Source: Bdellovibrionaceae bacterium UBA6502
GTDB lineage: Bacteria > Bdellovibrionota > Bdellovibrionia > Bdellovibrionales > UBA840
Assembly: GCA_002436415.1 (NCBI GenBank)
Contig: DJMA01000007.1
Span: 17,912-81,911 of the forward strand
Direction: 5' to 3'
DNA: 64,000 nt
In this document: positions 36,744 through 46,598 of the stretch, in pieces
Layout: every line of letters starts with the position of its first letter
Numbering within the stretch: position 1 is the first letter of the stretch
Notes under the pieces: model-generated
The model's input: the letters and a program-made list of their open reading frames with translations, nothing else
What the model was told of the DNA's origin: nothing
The model's database searches: none
Position numbers and translations under genes: made by a program

Positions 36744-37664
36744 TTAATTAGTAGCACTTTGTTTTAAGCGATCAACGAGCCAGTTTAGTAGAGTTGAGCT
36801 TGAGGTGTCGAAACTACGGTTTTCAATATAGGCCAGAGATATTTGGTTTACCAAGGGTTTACCACTTCCTTCAAAGCGAATGATTTCATGTCCTCTTTTT
36901 ATTAAGCGGTCATAAAGGTGATGGGGGAGGATTCCCGCACCCATTCCTCTAACGATGAACTTACTAAGCCCCTGTACATCCATCACGGTGGCTTTAACAT
37001 CTAGGTTTAAGTTTTTGTTTCCTAGGTGTTGTTCAAACCATCTTCCTAATACTGGCTGACCTTGTTGGTATTCAACGTAGGGAAGGCTTTCATAAAACTT
37101 TTTTTCATTTTTAATTTTTTTATTGTCTAAAAGCTCTGGTGAAATACAAAGTTCTAAATTTTCTGAATATATTTGTTCAAGATGAATTCTTCGATCCATT
37201 TTGAATTGGTCCACAAAAGCGAAATCGATATCTCCATTTAGAAGTTTTTGGTTAAAAACTTCTGCGAAATCTAGGTACAAACGATATTTTATGAAAGGAA
37301 AGTTTTTTGAAAACTCACAAAGAAGCGGAATGATTTCGTTATTGCCAAATTCAATGGGCATACCGATTGTGACAGTTCCTTTTAAGTTTTGTTTATCGTC
37401 TTTTAGTCCCCATAAGGCGTCTTCAATTCCACTAAGGCCTCGAGAGATATTTGTGTATAATTCTTTTCCTTTATTGGTGGGGATAAGACGTTGGTTAATT
37501 CTATCAAATAACTGGACATCGAGGGTTTCCTCAAGACTGCGAATGTGTTGACTCACTCCTGATTGGGTCAAATGTAAGTTCTTCGCCGCCATTGTCATAG
37601 AGTTGGTTTTGAATACTTCTTGAAACACTCGTAATTGATTTAAATTGACCTGATCTAATAACAT
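36744..37664 (-). CDS. LysR-family transcriptional regulator
   Basis: The N-terminal wHTH is LNQLRVFQEVFKTNSMTMAAKNLHLTQSGVSQHIRSLEE. The 306-aa length is typical of LTTRs. Confidence 0.9.
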   Translation of the reverse strand: MLLDQVNLNQLRVFQEVFKTNSMTMAAKNLHLTQSGVSQHIRSLEETLDVQLFDRINQRLIPTNKGKELYTNISRGLSGIEDALWGLKDDKQNLKGTVTIGMPIEFGNNEIIPLLCEFSKNFPFIKYRLYLDFAEVFNQKLLNGDIDFAFVDQFKMDRRIHLEQIYSENLELCISPELLDNKKIKNEKKFYESLPYVEYQQGQPVLGRWFEQHLGNKNLNLDVKATVMDVQGLSKFIVRGMGAGILPHHLYDRLIKRGHEIIRFEGSGKPLVNQISLAYIENRSFDTSSSTLLNWLVDRLKQSATN

Positions 37665-38202
37665 AAATACCCAGTGGCTATAGGAATAAATAAAGCTTTT
37701 ATATTATATATTTATAACAAAACTAAGCATTGGACAATCTTTAAACTCCAATTGAAACCACATATAATCTCCCAGATCGAAAGAAATATTTATCTTCTGC
37801 GGCTGCCTTTTGACATGTGAGATAGCAGAACTTAAAGAGAGAGCTAAAATAAACTTTTAAATTCTCATTATTGCCTCTGGGTAAAAGAATTGCATTGCCA
37901 AGCTTCATACCTGAAACCTTTAACACGTCTAACAGCTAAGAAGATAAACTGAGGGCATAGCTCTTAAGCAATAGCAGGCTCGCGAAGGTGGAAGACTGAA
38001 GTGATTTAAGTGTATGAAATTACGAAAGAAAATGTCAATTGACGAATATGAATATTTTCCCTGTACAAAGTCTATTCATAAGGTTGCATAAATTTTATTT
38101 TTAGATAAAACCGACTAGTATCAGCTCCGGTGATGATACATTGAAAAAATAAATTTAAAAATAGAGCGAAGTTAAAAGTAATATCGCCCTAGGAGCATTA
38201 CA

Positions 38203-39033
38203 ATGACTAAAACAGTTTCATTATTCATTAAAATTATATTGTTAAGTTTGTTTTATACAACTAGCTTTGCTGAGTTTACTCCTCCAATTGCTTTAGAATC
38301 TGATATTGCTATTACTTCTGAAAGTTACAATGACTTCGGTTTTTTCCACTCCCACAATACGATCCCGAGCTCTCTAGATAGAAAGTGGGCTGCAGGTTTT
38401 AAGCGTTTCATGGAGAAGCATTTTGACTCAGGATTATTGTTAGATAAAGGCTCTTTCTCTAGGCCTTTTCATAGGTTTCACGGACCTTTTGAGGAAAAGA
38501 GCCTTGTTTCTAAAAACGGAGAACCATTGTTTGTAGGAAAACGCGGAGAAGGTAAAGGCATGGTAGCAATTGGTAAAAAGGATGGAAGGTTGTATTTTTA
38601 TAACGAGCATCTAGAGCTAGTTAAGCCTATTTCCGGTTATACGGAAGAAGAAATAGTAAGAGCCATGGAAACAGCTATAGAAAAAAATGTTATAAGTGAA
38701 ATGGCCTCAGATCATAAAAAACTAACAAAAAAAATTAACCTTTGGTGGAGCGCAATTTTGACGGCAGCCGCACTATCATTTTCTAAAGATATGACGCAAG
38801 CCATTTCAGCTACAGTAATTTTGAATGTAGTTATTATCGGATTAAACGAAGTAATAAGTAGAATTATGTTAGACGGTGAAGCATTGAAGGTTTTTAAAGA
38901 CCTCAAAAAGTTTTTAGCGGAAGATTCACGAGGAGTAAGGCATATAAAAACCCGTAGGGGTGATATTTCAACAGCTCATAGTTTTGAAGATCTTCGGAAG
39001 AGCATCTTCTGTAGTAAGAGCGCAGGGGGCTAG
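38203..39033 (+). CDS. hypothetical exported/membrane protein
   Basis: A signal peptide is present, plus a hydrophobic segment WWSAILTAAALSF...VILNVVIIGL. A GGAG Shine-Dalgarno sequence lies upstream. I recognise no domain. Confidence 0.5.
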   Translation: MTKTVSLFIKIILLSLFYTTSFAEFTPPIALESDIAITSESYNDFGFFHSHNTIPSSLDRKWAAGFKRFMEKHFDSGLLLDKGSFSRPFHRFHGPFEEKSLVSKNGEPLFVGKRGEGKGMVAIGKKDGRLYFYNEHLELVKPISGYTEEEIVRAMETAIEKNVISEMASDHKKLTKKINLWWSAILTAAALSFSKDMTQAISATVILNVVIIGLNEVISRIMLDGEALKVFKDLKKFLAEDSRGVRHIKTRRGDISTAHSFEDLRKSIFCSKSAGG

Positions 39034-39122
39034 ATTGGTAGATTATGGAGTGATAGTCTGTTTGGCAAAAATTCTAAGAACCAAAGCATGATCTCTTAAT
39101 TTTTGCAGAATTCAGTGTCTAG

Positions 39123-39464
39123 CTATTGCTGCAAAAGTTTTTCTAATTCGATCACTGTATGCTTAAAGCTTTCTTCAAGTTTTACAAAAATACTGTTACA
39201 AGCATCAAAGCTGTCATCACGCCCTAAAGACTCAAGATTAGCACTAAGTTTTGTGGCTTGAATTGCTCCTAGATTGGAGGATGCTCCTTTAAAAGTATGA
39301 GCTTCTCTGTAAAGCTCGGAGGCATTTTGGCTTTCGATCGCTTGTTTGATGGAAACAAGTCTTTTTTCGCAGTCTTCCTTGTAGATTTCCACGAGTTGCT
39401 TCAAGAAACTTTTATCGCCGTCGGTGATCATTTCGATGTGATCAAAATCAAGTAGTGGATCCAT
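39123..39464 (-). CDS. stand-alone histidine phosphotransfer (Hpt) protein
   Basis: The Hpt signature HTFKGASSNLGA is present. The product is 113 aa. Confidence 0.8.
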   Translation of the reverse strand: MDPLLDFDHIEMITDGDKSFLKQLVEIYKEDCEKRLVSIKQAIESQNASELYREAHTFKGASSNLGAIQATKLSANLESLGRDDSFDACNSIFVKLEESFKHTVIELEKLLQQ

Positions 39465-39597
39465 AGTAAAGCCTTTTGAAGTTATAGTTTTATGTTAATA
39501 GTACTATATCGGAGGAATAAGCTAGAGGGCTGGGCAAATTAGCAATCATTAAGGATTTTTATATTTTCGTAAAAAGAATGCATCATTTTGAGACGAA

Positions 39598-40083
39598 TTA
39601 AGGAAGTTGTTCCTCTTTTTGCCATTGGTCTAAGAAGTTGACTAGGCTTTCTTCAATAATTTCATATACGTGAGCAAAACCTCTAGAGCCACCCCAATAT
39701 GGATCGGGAACTGACTTTTCCTTGATTGAGGAATTGTATTGGAGAAGTAATTCTACCTTGGCTTCAGAGTTATCAGGATAGTCATCCATGATGTCTGCAA
39801 GGTTTCTTTCGTCCATTGGGAATATGTGTTGAAAACGATAATAGTCTTCTAAGAGAAACTGCCTGGATCGAATAAAAGATAGGTCAGTACCTCTTTTTTG
39901 GGCTTCCTTTTGTGATCGAGAATCAGGTGGATTACCAGCGTGATATGCGCTGGTTCCACAACTATCGACTTCAAAGTACTCACTAAGATTTCGTTCTTTG
40001 AGTAGGCGGTGGAATATTCCCTCCGCCGTCGGGCTTCGACAAATATTTCCCAAACAAACAAAAAGGACCGAAGTTTTTTCCAC
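39598..40083 (-). CDS. low-molecular-weight protein-tyrosine phosphatase
   Basis: The P-loop VCLGNICRSP is present, with a DP catalytic-Asp motif (VPDPYWG) near the C-terminus. The GTG start overlaps the htpX stop by 1 nt. Confidence 0.9.
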   Translation of the reverse strand: MEKTSVLFVCLGNICRSPTAEGIFHRLLKERNLSEYFEVDSCGTSAYHAGNPPDSRSQKEAQKRGTDLSFIRSRQFLLEDYYRFQHIFPMDERNLADIMDDYPDNSEAKVELLLQYNSSIKEKSVPDPYWGGSRGFAHVYEIIEESLVNFLDQWQKEEQLP

Positions 40084-40973
40084 TATCGAAGACCCATTTC
40101 TAGTCTTTTAATACGGTCTTCTAGGCTTGGGTGGGTTGAAAAAAGTGCTGCCAAACTTGGTCTTCCACCAGAAATTTTCATGCTGGCAAAAGCCTTGTCT
40201 CTTTGGTCAACCAGATCAACATTGTTTTGAAGGCGTTTAAGAGCGGCTATCATCTTATCTTTTCCTACGCTTCTAGCGGCGCCAGCATCGGCTCTATATT
40301 CACGCCATCGGGAGAAAAAGTTTAATACCACTGAACCTAAAATAGAGAATAAAATATCTAGTACGATCACTAAGCCAAATTCTAAGAACGGGCTTCTTTC
40401 ATCGTCATCACCACGTGAAATACCAAAGGCGATGGCGCGAGATAAGAACATGACAAAAGAGTTGATCACCCCTTGCAAGAGGGTCATGGTTACCATATCT
40501 CCGTTAACGATATGGGCAACTTCGTGTGCTAAAACACCTTCCACTTCTTTTTCGTCCATTTTATTTAGTAAACCAGTACTAACTGCTACTAACGAACTAT
40601 TCTTGGAAGCACCTGTTGCAAAAGCATTTACCTCAGGAGACTCATAAACACCTACTTCAGGCATTTTTCTCATTCCATTCATAGCAGCAATTTTGTAAAC
40701 CATGTCTAAAAGCTTTTTCTCATAACCATTAGCTTGTGTAGGGGAGATGAGATGAACGCCCATAGACTTTTTGGCAATCCATTTGGATAGGAACAAACTG
40801 ATAAAAGCGCCACCAAAACCCCAGATGCTACAAAATACCAACAGACTTGTGTAGTCGATGCCATTTTGGCTAAGGTAAGGGCGAATGCCTAAAAGGTTGA
40901 TAACGATCGATATTGTCGCAATCACCGCGATGTTAACTAGTATAAAGAAAAATCCTCTTCTAAAAAGGCTCAT
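40083..40973 (-). CDS. htpX: M48 family membrane protease HtpX
   Basis: HEVAHIVNGD (HExxH) is present, with four hydrophobic segments and a C-terminal STHPSLEDRI. Confidence 0.9.
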   Translation of the reverse strand: MSLFRRGFFFILVNIAVIATISIVINLLGIRPYLSQNGIDYTSLLVFCSIWGFGGAFISLFLSKWIAKKSMGVHLISPTQANGYEKKLLDMVYKIAAMNGMRKMPEVGVYESPEVNAFATGASKNSSLVAVSTGLLNKMDEKEVEGVLAHEVAHIVNGDMVTMTLLQGVINSFVMFLSRAIAFGISRGDDDERSPFLEFGLVIVLDILFSILGSVVLNFFSRWREYRADAGAARSVGKDKMIAALKRLQNNVDLVDQRDKAFASMKISGGRPSLAALFSTHPSLEDRIKRLEMGLR

Positions 40974-41012
40974 GGGGTTTCCTCCTAAAAATCTTCACAT
41001 TGAAGATGCTTT

Positions 41013-41041
41013 AATTATGGAGATAAAAAAAAATCTGTCAA
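41013..41041 (-). promoter_or_regulatory. sigma70-like promoter upstream of htpX
   Basis: On the minus strand the sequence is TTGACA-N17-ATAATT, followed by AGGAGG and the ATG. Confidence 0.4.
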
Positions 41042-41049
41042 GATTTGCA

Positions 41050-41104
41050 GGAACCGATTTTTTGTAAATACTTATTATTATTTACAAAACTTGAGACCGG
41101 TTCC
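41050..41104. repeat. long composite inverted repeat between clpA and htpX
   Basis: The outer arms are ggaaccg/cggttcc. The inner 11-bp arms are ttttgtaaata/tatttacaaaa around an 8-nt loop. No T-run follows on either strand. Confidence 0.7.
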
Positions 41105-41137
41105 GTAAGGGGCTAATTGAAATAAGAGTTTTTGCGT

Positions 41138-43369
41138 TTATTTAATCGTAAAAACTAGTTCTTCATCCTTTTTACTTATAGATACTTTTCCACCGTTTTC
41201 ACTGAGTTTTCCGTAAAGAATCTCATCCACCAATTTGGCCTTGATTTCTTTATCGATTTGACGGTGAATTGGTCTTGCTCCATACAGAGGGTCGTAAGCT
41301 ATATCTACAATATGTCGAATCACTTCGTCAGTTACTTCTACTTCTACCTTTTTCTTGGCTAGCTGTAGGTTCATGTCGCGAATGAACTTTTTAGTAACAT
41401 CGATCAAAATTTCTTTTGATAAAGGTTTAAACTCTAAAACGGAATCCAATCGGTTTAAAAACTCTGGGCTGAAAAAGTTTTTTAACTGAGTCTTGTCAAA
41501 AGCCTTTAATTGCGCACCTGCAATACCAATGCTGCCTTTTGAATTGTCCTTCGAGCCAGCATTAGAAGTCATAATTAAAACAATGTTTCTGCAATCTACG
41601 GTTTTTCCATTGGAGTCAGTAATGCTACCGGAGTCCATAATTTGCAGTAGAATATTAATTAAATCGGGATGAGCTTTTTCAATTTCATCCATTAAAATTA
41701 CAGAATAGGGGTGTTTACTAATGGCATCTGTAAGTAAGCCACCTTCTTCATATCCCACATAGCCCGGAGGAGCTCCAACGAGTCTTGCTACGCTGTGCTT
41801 TTCTAAGTATTCGGACATGTCGAACTTTTCAAAGTGTAGGCCAAGGTTTTTTGATAATTGTATGGCTAGTTCTGTTTTTCCAACTCCTGTTGGACCGGCA
41901 AACAAATAGTTACCGATGGGCTTGTTTTCCCTAGATAAACCAGCAAAGCTGAATTTGACAGCTTCGACCAAGGCATTTACGGCCTCGTCTTGCCCAAAAA
42001 TCTTATCGAGAAGGTTCTTTTTTAAATCTTTTAATTTAGCCCCCTCAGCACTTTGCAGGTTTTCAGTCGAGATAGAAGTCATTTCCGCTATCACCGCAGA
42101 TAATTCAGCTTCGCTCAGCTCAATATTTTCCGTGTCTTCTTTTAGTTTTAGTCGAGCACAGGTCTCATCAATGAGATCCAAAGCATTGTCGGGTAGCTTT
42201 CGATCAGAAAGGTATCTTTTTCCAAGATCGATCGCCTTATGAACACTAGTTTCAGGGATTTTTACTTTATGAAATTTTTCGTATTCATTGATTTTGGTAG
42301 CTATGATTTTTTGAGCCTCTGTTACGCTACATTCTTCAATGTTTAATTTTTGAAAGAACCTTGCACCGGCATTGTTTTTTTCAAAAATACTTTTGTATTC
42401 TTTGTGATTGCAAGAAGCGATGACAAAAATGTTTTCTGCCTCCATAAGAGGGCGAAGTAGATGGCCTACTTCGATTCCCTGGCCGCCGCTGTTACCTGTG
42501 TTCAATAAGCTTGCTATGTCATCGATAAATAAGACTTTCTTGCCTTCTTTGGTTAGTTCTGCGGTTAAGGCGGCCATACGCTCTTCTAACTCGCCTCTAA
42601 ATTTTGCCCCAGCCATTAGCTTTGTGATATGCAACTCATAATAGTCTAAATTTTTTAAGTTCTTAGGAACATTCGCTTTTTGAATTCGTAAAGCGAAGTT
42701 TCTTGCTAGAGTAGTTTTGCCCACTCCAGGATCGCCAATCAAAAGGGGATTGTTTCGTTTTTTTCTAGATAGGATTTGTACTAAACGTTTTAACAGGTAA
42801 TCCCTTTCCACAAAGTCAGGAAGTTGGTCTTTGAAAGCAGGATCACTAAGTTTCGAGCAGAAGCTATCTGTTGCACTTCGAAAACTGTTTTCTGCCTCGG
42901 CACCCATTTCATCTACAGCAAACTCTTTGGTGGCGCTTCGCCCATGAGAAATTTCGTTTAGCAGCTGTAAACGTGCTACTCCAAATTTGTCTTTGAAAAG
43001 AAATAAACCGAAGGATTCATCTTCGCCATAAAGTGCCACCAATAGGTCTTCTGGTCGTACTTCTGATCCACCAGAATTAATACTGTGGTGCCAAGCTGTT
43101 TGTAACATCCTCTGCGCACCGACGCTCATCACAGGAGGCATTTTGTTGTTTTCTTTTTTTCGCTTAGGAATATTGTCTTCAATATAAGTTTTCAATTCCT
43201 TCACGATACTTTCGCGAGGAATGCCCATGTTTTTACTAATTTCATTCACTCGTGGAGTGGACAAAATAGCTGTTAAGAGATGTTCAATGCTAAATATCTC
43301 AAAGTTTTCTTGGTGAGCCTTTTGGATGGCTTTTTGTAACTCTATTTCAAACTCTGGACTAAGTTTCAT
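41138..43369 (-). CDS. clpA: ATP-dependent Clp protease ATP-binding subunit ClpA
   Basis: Two AAA+ modules are present (GDPGVGKTT and GPTGVGKTE). The product is 743 aa and has no ClpB middle domain. It overlaps the upstream clpS. Confidence 0.93.
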   Translation of the reverse strand: MKLSPEFEIELQKAIQKAHQENFEIFSIEHLLTAILSTPRVNEISKNMGIPRESIVKELKTYIEDNIPKRKKENNKMPPVMSVGAQRMLQTAWHHSINSGGSEVRPEDLLVALYGEDESFGLFLFKDKFGVARLQLLNEISHGRSATKEFAVDEMGAEAENSFRSATDSFCSKLSDPAFKDQLPDFVERDYLLKRLVQILSRKKRNNPLLIGDPGVGKTTLARNFALRIQKANVPKNLKNLDYYELHITKLMAGAKFRGELEERMAALTAELTKEGKKVLFIDDIASLLNTGNSGGQGIEVGHLLRPLMEAENIFVIASCNHKEYKSIFEKNNAGARFFQKLNIEECSVTEAQKIIATKINEYEKFHKVKIPETSVHKAIDLGKRYLSDRKLPDNALDLIDETCARLKLKEDTENIELSEAELSAVIAEMTSISTENLQSAEGAKLKDLKKNLLDKIFGQDEAVNALVEAVKFSFAGLSRENKPIGNYLFAGPTGVGKTELAIQLSKNLGLHFEKFDMSEYLEKHSVARLVGAPPGYVGYEEGGLLTDAISKHPYSVILMDEIEKAHPDLINILLQIMDSGSITDSNGKTVDCRNIVLIMTSNAGSKDNSKGSIGIAGAQLKAFDKTQLKNFFSPEFLNRLDSVLEFKPLSKEILIDVTKKFIRDMNLQLAKKKVEVEVTDEVIRHIVDIAYDPLYGARPIHRQIDKEIKAKLVDEILYGKLSENGGKVSISKKDEELVFTIK

Positions 43370-43683
43370 TCTGCGTCCTTTTCTATGCTTGTTTTTAATG
43401 GATGATCGTTTTCTTGTGAGTATTGGTTTACAATCATACTTTTCGTCAAAGCTATATCCTTGGGATATATTCCAGCGACTCCAGCTCCTTGATGGTGGAC
43501 CATTAACATTATTTTGGTGGCTTCTTCTGTAGTTCGATCAAAAAAGTCTTCTAGAACATGAACCACAAAATCCATTGGAGTGTAATCGTCATTGTGAATT
43601 AAAACTTTATAAAAAGAAGGTTCCTTTATCTGGGTATCTAAAGCCCGGTCACTCTGAGTACCAGTTTGAGTTTTTTGTGACAA
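43366..43683 (-). CDS. clpS: ATP-dependent Clp protease adaptor ClpS
   Basis: YKVLIHNDDYTPMDFVVHVL is the ClpS core. The product is 105 aa. Confidence 0.9.
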   Translation of the reverse strand: MSQKTQTGTQSDRALDTQIKEPSFYKVLIHNDDYTPMDFVVHVLEDFFDRTTEEATKIMLMVHHQGAGVAGIYPKDIALTKSMIVNQYSQENDHPLKTSIEKDAE

Positions 43684-43823
43684 AGTTCCTCCCTGTAAAG
43701 TCCAATTCCCTCACTAGTATAATATGGTGCCAGGATTTGATATGTCAAATTTTGTATAAAGAGACTTTGTCTAAGTTGTTGAATTTAATTGGAAAAAAGT
43801 TTTTGATTCAAACAAAAGAATGT

Positions 43824-46598
43824 TTAAAAGGCACCAATGGAAAAGTGAAATCTTCCGGGACTTTCTCCATCACGACGATTTAATTTGTGACCATACTCAA
43901 GGCTCACTGGTCCTACTGGAGTGTAGAAGCGAAAGCTGATTCCCATGGAGTCTCTGTAGATATATTCACTAGGTAAATCAATTTCAGGGATGTTCACGGC
44001 TCCACCGTCGTAGAAAATGGCTGCACCGAAATCATCATAAATTGGAAAGCGAAGTTCTAGCTTTACCAAACCAAAGCTACTCTTGTCAGAAACATAATAA
44101 ATGGAACTACCATTAGGCTTTAGACTATCGATGTCAGTTTCATTGGGGATTTCGGCGAGTTCAAAACCACGAATGGTTGATCTTCCACCAAGGAAAAACA
44201 TTCTATCTTGTGGTACAGCGTCTGTGCCTTTTCTTCCTAGATTCTCCACATAACCGCCACGCAATGAATAAGCGAAAACCAATCGTTTACTTAAGTTGAG
44301 TGGTAAATAATGGTTAAACACAGCTGTGGCTCTGCCGAAGTGAATGTCTTCGCTACTTTCATAACCAGGAGAAGCGTATTCGATGGCAAAACGGGTGTAG
44401 CTACCTTGTCGCGGAGAAAACAAATGGTCTCGATAGTCTAATTCTATATAAGGACCAATACTACCAATTTGAAGTTTTTCTTGGTCCGCTTTTTGGTTGG
44501 TTTCAAAACGGCGGGTTCCTTCAATTTCCCATAGCTTCCAACCAATTTTTGTATGTTGATCGTAGTCTTTTTCCAGTACGAAATTGATTTCTTTTGATTC
44601 TTTAATGTAGGTGTTTTCAGCATCACTACTTAAAAAATCGATGTCTTGGGAAAAGCTTAGGTTGGTTCTACCTTTTAGTTTTCTACCGAAAAGAAGAGGC
44701 TCAAGATAACTAAGTGTAACTTTGTTTTCAATGAAGCTTTCATTGTTGATTTGGTTTTGGATTTCTACTCTGGCTTGAACAACTTTAGCTGAGCCTCCGA
44801 GGTTTTTATAAACCAAACCTGTGAAGCCCTTTAGGGTTCCGTCAAACTCATCGGTCACACCGAGACCTAAAGTGAAAACTCCGGGATTTCTTTCTGTGAC
44901 TTTAACCAATACCGGTCGATTGCCATCGTTAGCAGGAAGTGGCTGAATGTCGACCGTGGAGAAAATGCCAAGTCTTTGTAGAAGAAATTCGGACTCATTG
45001 ATTTTAGAGAGACTTAAAAAATCATCTTTTTCAAAGGCCAAAGTTTTTATAATTACCGTTTTTTTAGTCATAATGTTCCCACTGACTAAAACTTCTTTTA
45101 CTTTGATTTTATCGCCTTCTTTAATTTTGAAGTTTAGGCTAGCCTCTTTGTTTTGATTGCTGTATATCACTAAGTCTGATTTTTCATTGAGCAATTCGTA
45201 ATCTAAATGTGCTTTCTCGAGATAAAAGTTTTTTAACTTTTTGATACTATCTTCAATGTGATTTAAATTTAAGGGAGTCCCTTCTTTTAATTCAATAACC
45301 TCAAGAAGCTCCTCTTTACTAAAAGCCTCTGCTCCTAAAAATTGCACTTGTTTTAGAATGCTAATAGGGCCTTCGTCGATGCGAACGATTACCTTTAAAG
45401 AATTTTCTTTTACGAATTCCGTTTTTTCTAATTCTACTTTTGAAGATAGGTAGCCTTGGTTTTGCAGATAAACGTTTAAGGACTTGAGCATTTCTTCAAG
45501 ATCTTCTTTTACATAAATTTCGTCGCGAATTTTATCGGAACCCAATGACTCCATTTGATCCAGGTAGTAGTCTTTTTCTCGGGAATAGCTGCCGCTAATT
45601 TGCCATTCTACGATTCGGGTCTGAGCTCCTTCGATGATTTGAAAACGTAAGACGTTTGCATTTTTTTGCGGAATTTCCTGGATTTTAACTTCAGCGCTTT
45701 CAAATCCGTTTTTACGATAAGTCGCTTTTATCTTTTGAGAAAGTTCACTGCTTAGGTTTTCACTAAATATATTGGTGGGACTTTCTAAATCCAGACCGTC
45801 GATAAGTTTTGATTTAGAAATTTCTTGCTGGCCAAAAAAGCTTAACTCATATTTTTGTGGGCGCAAAATTTCAACGCGAACCAATGCGCCGGTTCTGTCA
45901 TCATTAAGTGATACTTGGTTTTCTCCCGGACTAGCTTTCAAGTAGCGCTCTTCTTTTAAGTATTCACTAATTTTCTTTTGTATTCCCTCTAGGTTTAAAT
46001 CGTTGAGGGATTCATCTTCAAAAGAAGAAAGTTCGTCTTCTAAGTCTCTATTTAGTCTTTCGTTTGAACTAATGATTTCAATCTTACTGATTTCGGTAGG
46101 ATCGTTTGGATCTATTTTGATATCAACGCTTAAAAAGCCTTCCTTGTCTTTAATGGAGTTAGTTTGGATTTCGATTTCCGCCTGAAGGTAGCCGCGATTG
46201 ATGTAGTAGGATTTAATTTTTTTAGCCGCTTCATTGATTTTATTGCGGGTAAAAGTGTCGCCAATTTGTAAGTCGATTAAATTGCGAAGCTCACTCTCGG
46301 TGGCTTGAGTGATTCCACTAAACTTAAAACTGCCGAACTTTGGGCGACTGTGAATCGTAAAGCTTGGGTTTTCATTGCTGCCGTTGAAAAATACTTTTTC
46401 AGCATTAGAGAGTAGCTGTATTTGTTTTAGCAACTGGTCCCATTTTCTTGGGGAGTAGGGCTTTTGAAGTAATTCAGGCTGGCTCGCTTTAATTTTGTTA
46501 TGCAAGTCTTTTGGGATTCCATCAATTTGTGCCTTTGCTTTTAGGCTAAAGCAAAGGAGAAAGAGCAAACTTGTATAGCTGGCGAAAATTTTAATCAT
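43824..46598 (-). CDS. bamA: Omp85-family outer membrane protein assembly factor (BamA-like, multiple POTRA domains)
   Basis: A signal peptide is present. POTRA-like repeats recur (e.g. IEGAQTRIVEWQISG, VSGNIMTKKTVI). A C-terminal barrel ends in GRFHFSIGAF. At 924 aa it is too long for TamA. The ATGA start overlaps the upstream tamB. Confidence 0.85.
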   Translation of the reverse strand: MIKIFASYTSLLFLLCFSLKAKAQIDGIPKDLHNKIKASQPELLQKPYSPRKWDQLLKQIQLLSNAEKVFFNGSNENPSFTIHSRPKFGSFKFSGITQATESELRNLIDLQIGDTFTRNKINEAAKKIKSYYINRGYLQAEIEIQTNSIKDKEGFLSVDIKIDPNDPTEISKIEIISSNERLNRDLEDELSSFEDESLNDLNLEGIQKKISEYLKEERYLKASPGENQVSLNDDRTGALVRVEILRPQKYELSFFGQQEISKSKLIDGLDLESPTNIFSENLSSELSQKIKATYRKNGFESAEVKIQEIPQKNANVLRFQIIEGAQTRIVEWQISGSYSREKDYYLDQMESLGSDKIRDEIYVKEDLEEMLKSLNVYLQNQGYLSSKVELEKTEFVKENSLKVIVRIDEGPISILKQVQFLGAEAFSKEELLEVIELKEGTPLNLNHIEDSIKKLKNFYLEKAHLDYELLNEKSDLVIYSNQNKEASLNFKIKEGDKIKVKEVLVSGNIMTKKTVIIKTLAFEKDDFLSLSKINESEFLLQRLGIFSTVDIQPLPANDGNRPVLVKVTERNPGVFTLGLGVTDEFDGTLKGFTGLVYKNLGGSAKVVQARVEIQNQINNESFIENKVTLSYLEPLLFGRKLKGRTNLSFSQDIDFLSSDAENTYIKESKEINFVLEKDYDQHTKIGWKLWEIEGTRRFETNQKADQEKLQIGSIGPYIELDYRDHLFSPRQGSYTRFAIEYASPGYESSEDIHFGRATAVFNHYLPLNLSKRLVFAYSLRGGYVENLGRKGTDAVPQDRMFFLGGRSTIRGFELAEIPNETDIDSLKPNGSSIYYVSDKSSFGLVKLELRFPIYDDFGAAIFYDGGAVNIPEIDLPSEYIYRDSMGISFRFYTPVGPVSLEYGHKLNRRDGESPGRFHFSIGAF

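Noticed and set aside
37741-37926. A 61-aa minus-strand ORF in the LysR upstream spacer.
   Set aside because: It has no Shine-Dalgarno sequence and no recognisable features, and it barely exceeds the ORF-track threshold. I treat it as chance. The spacer itself is reported as a finding.
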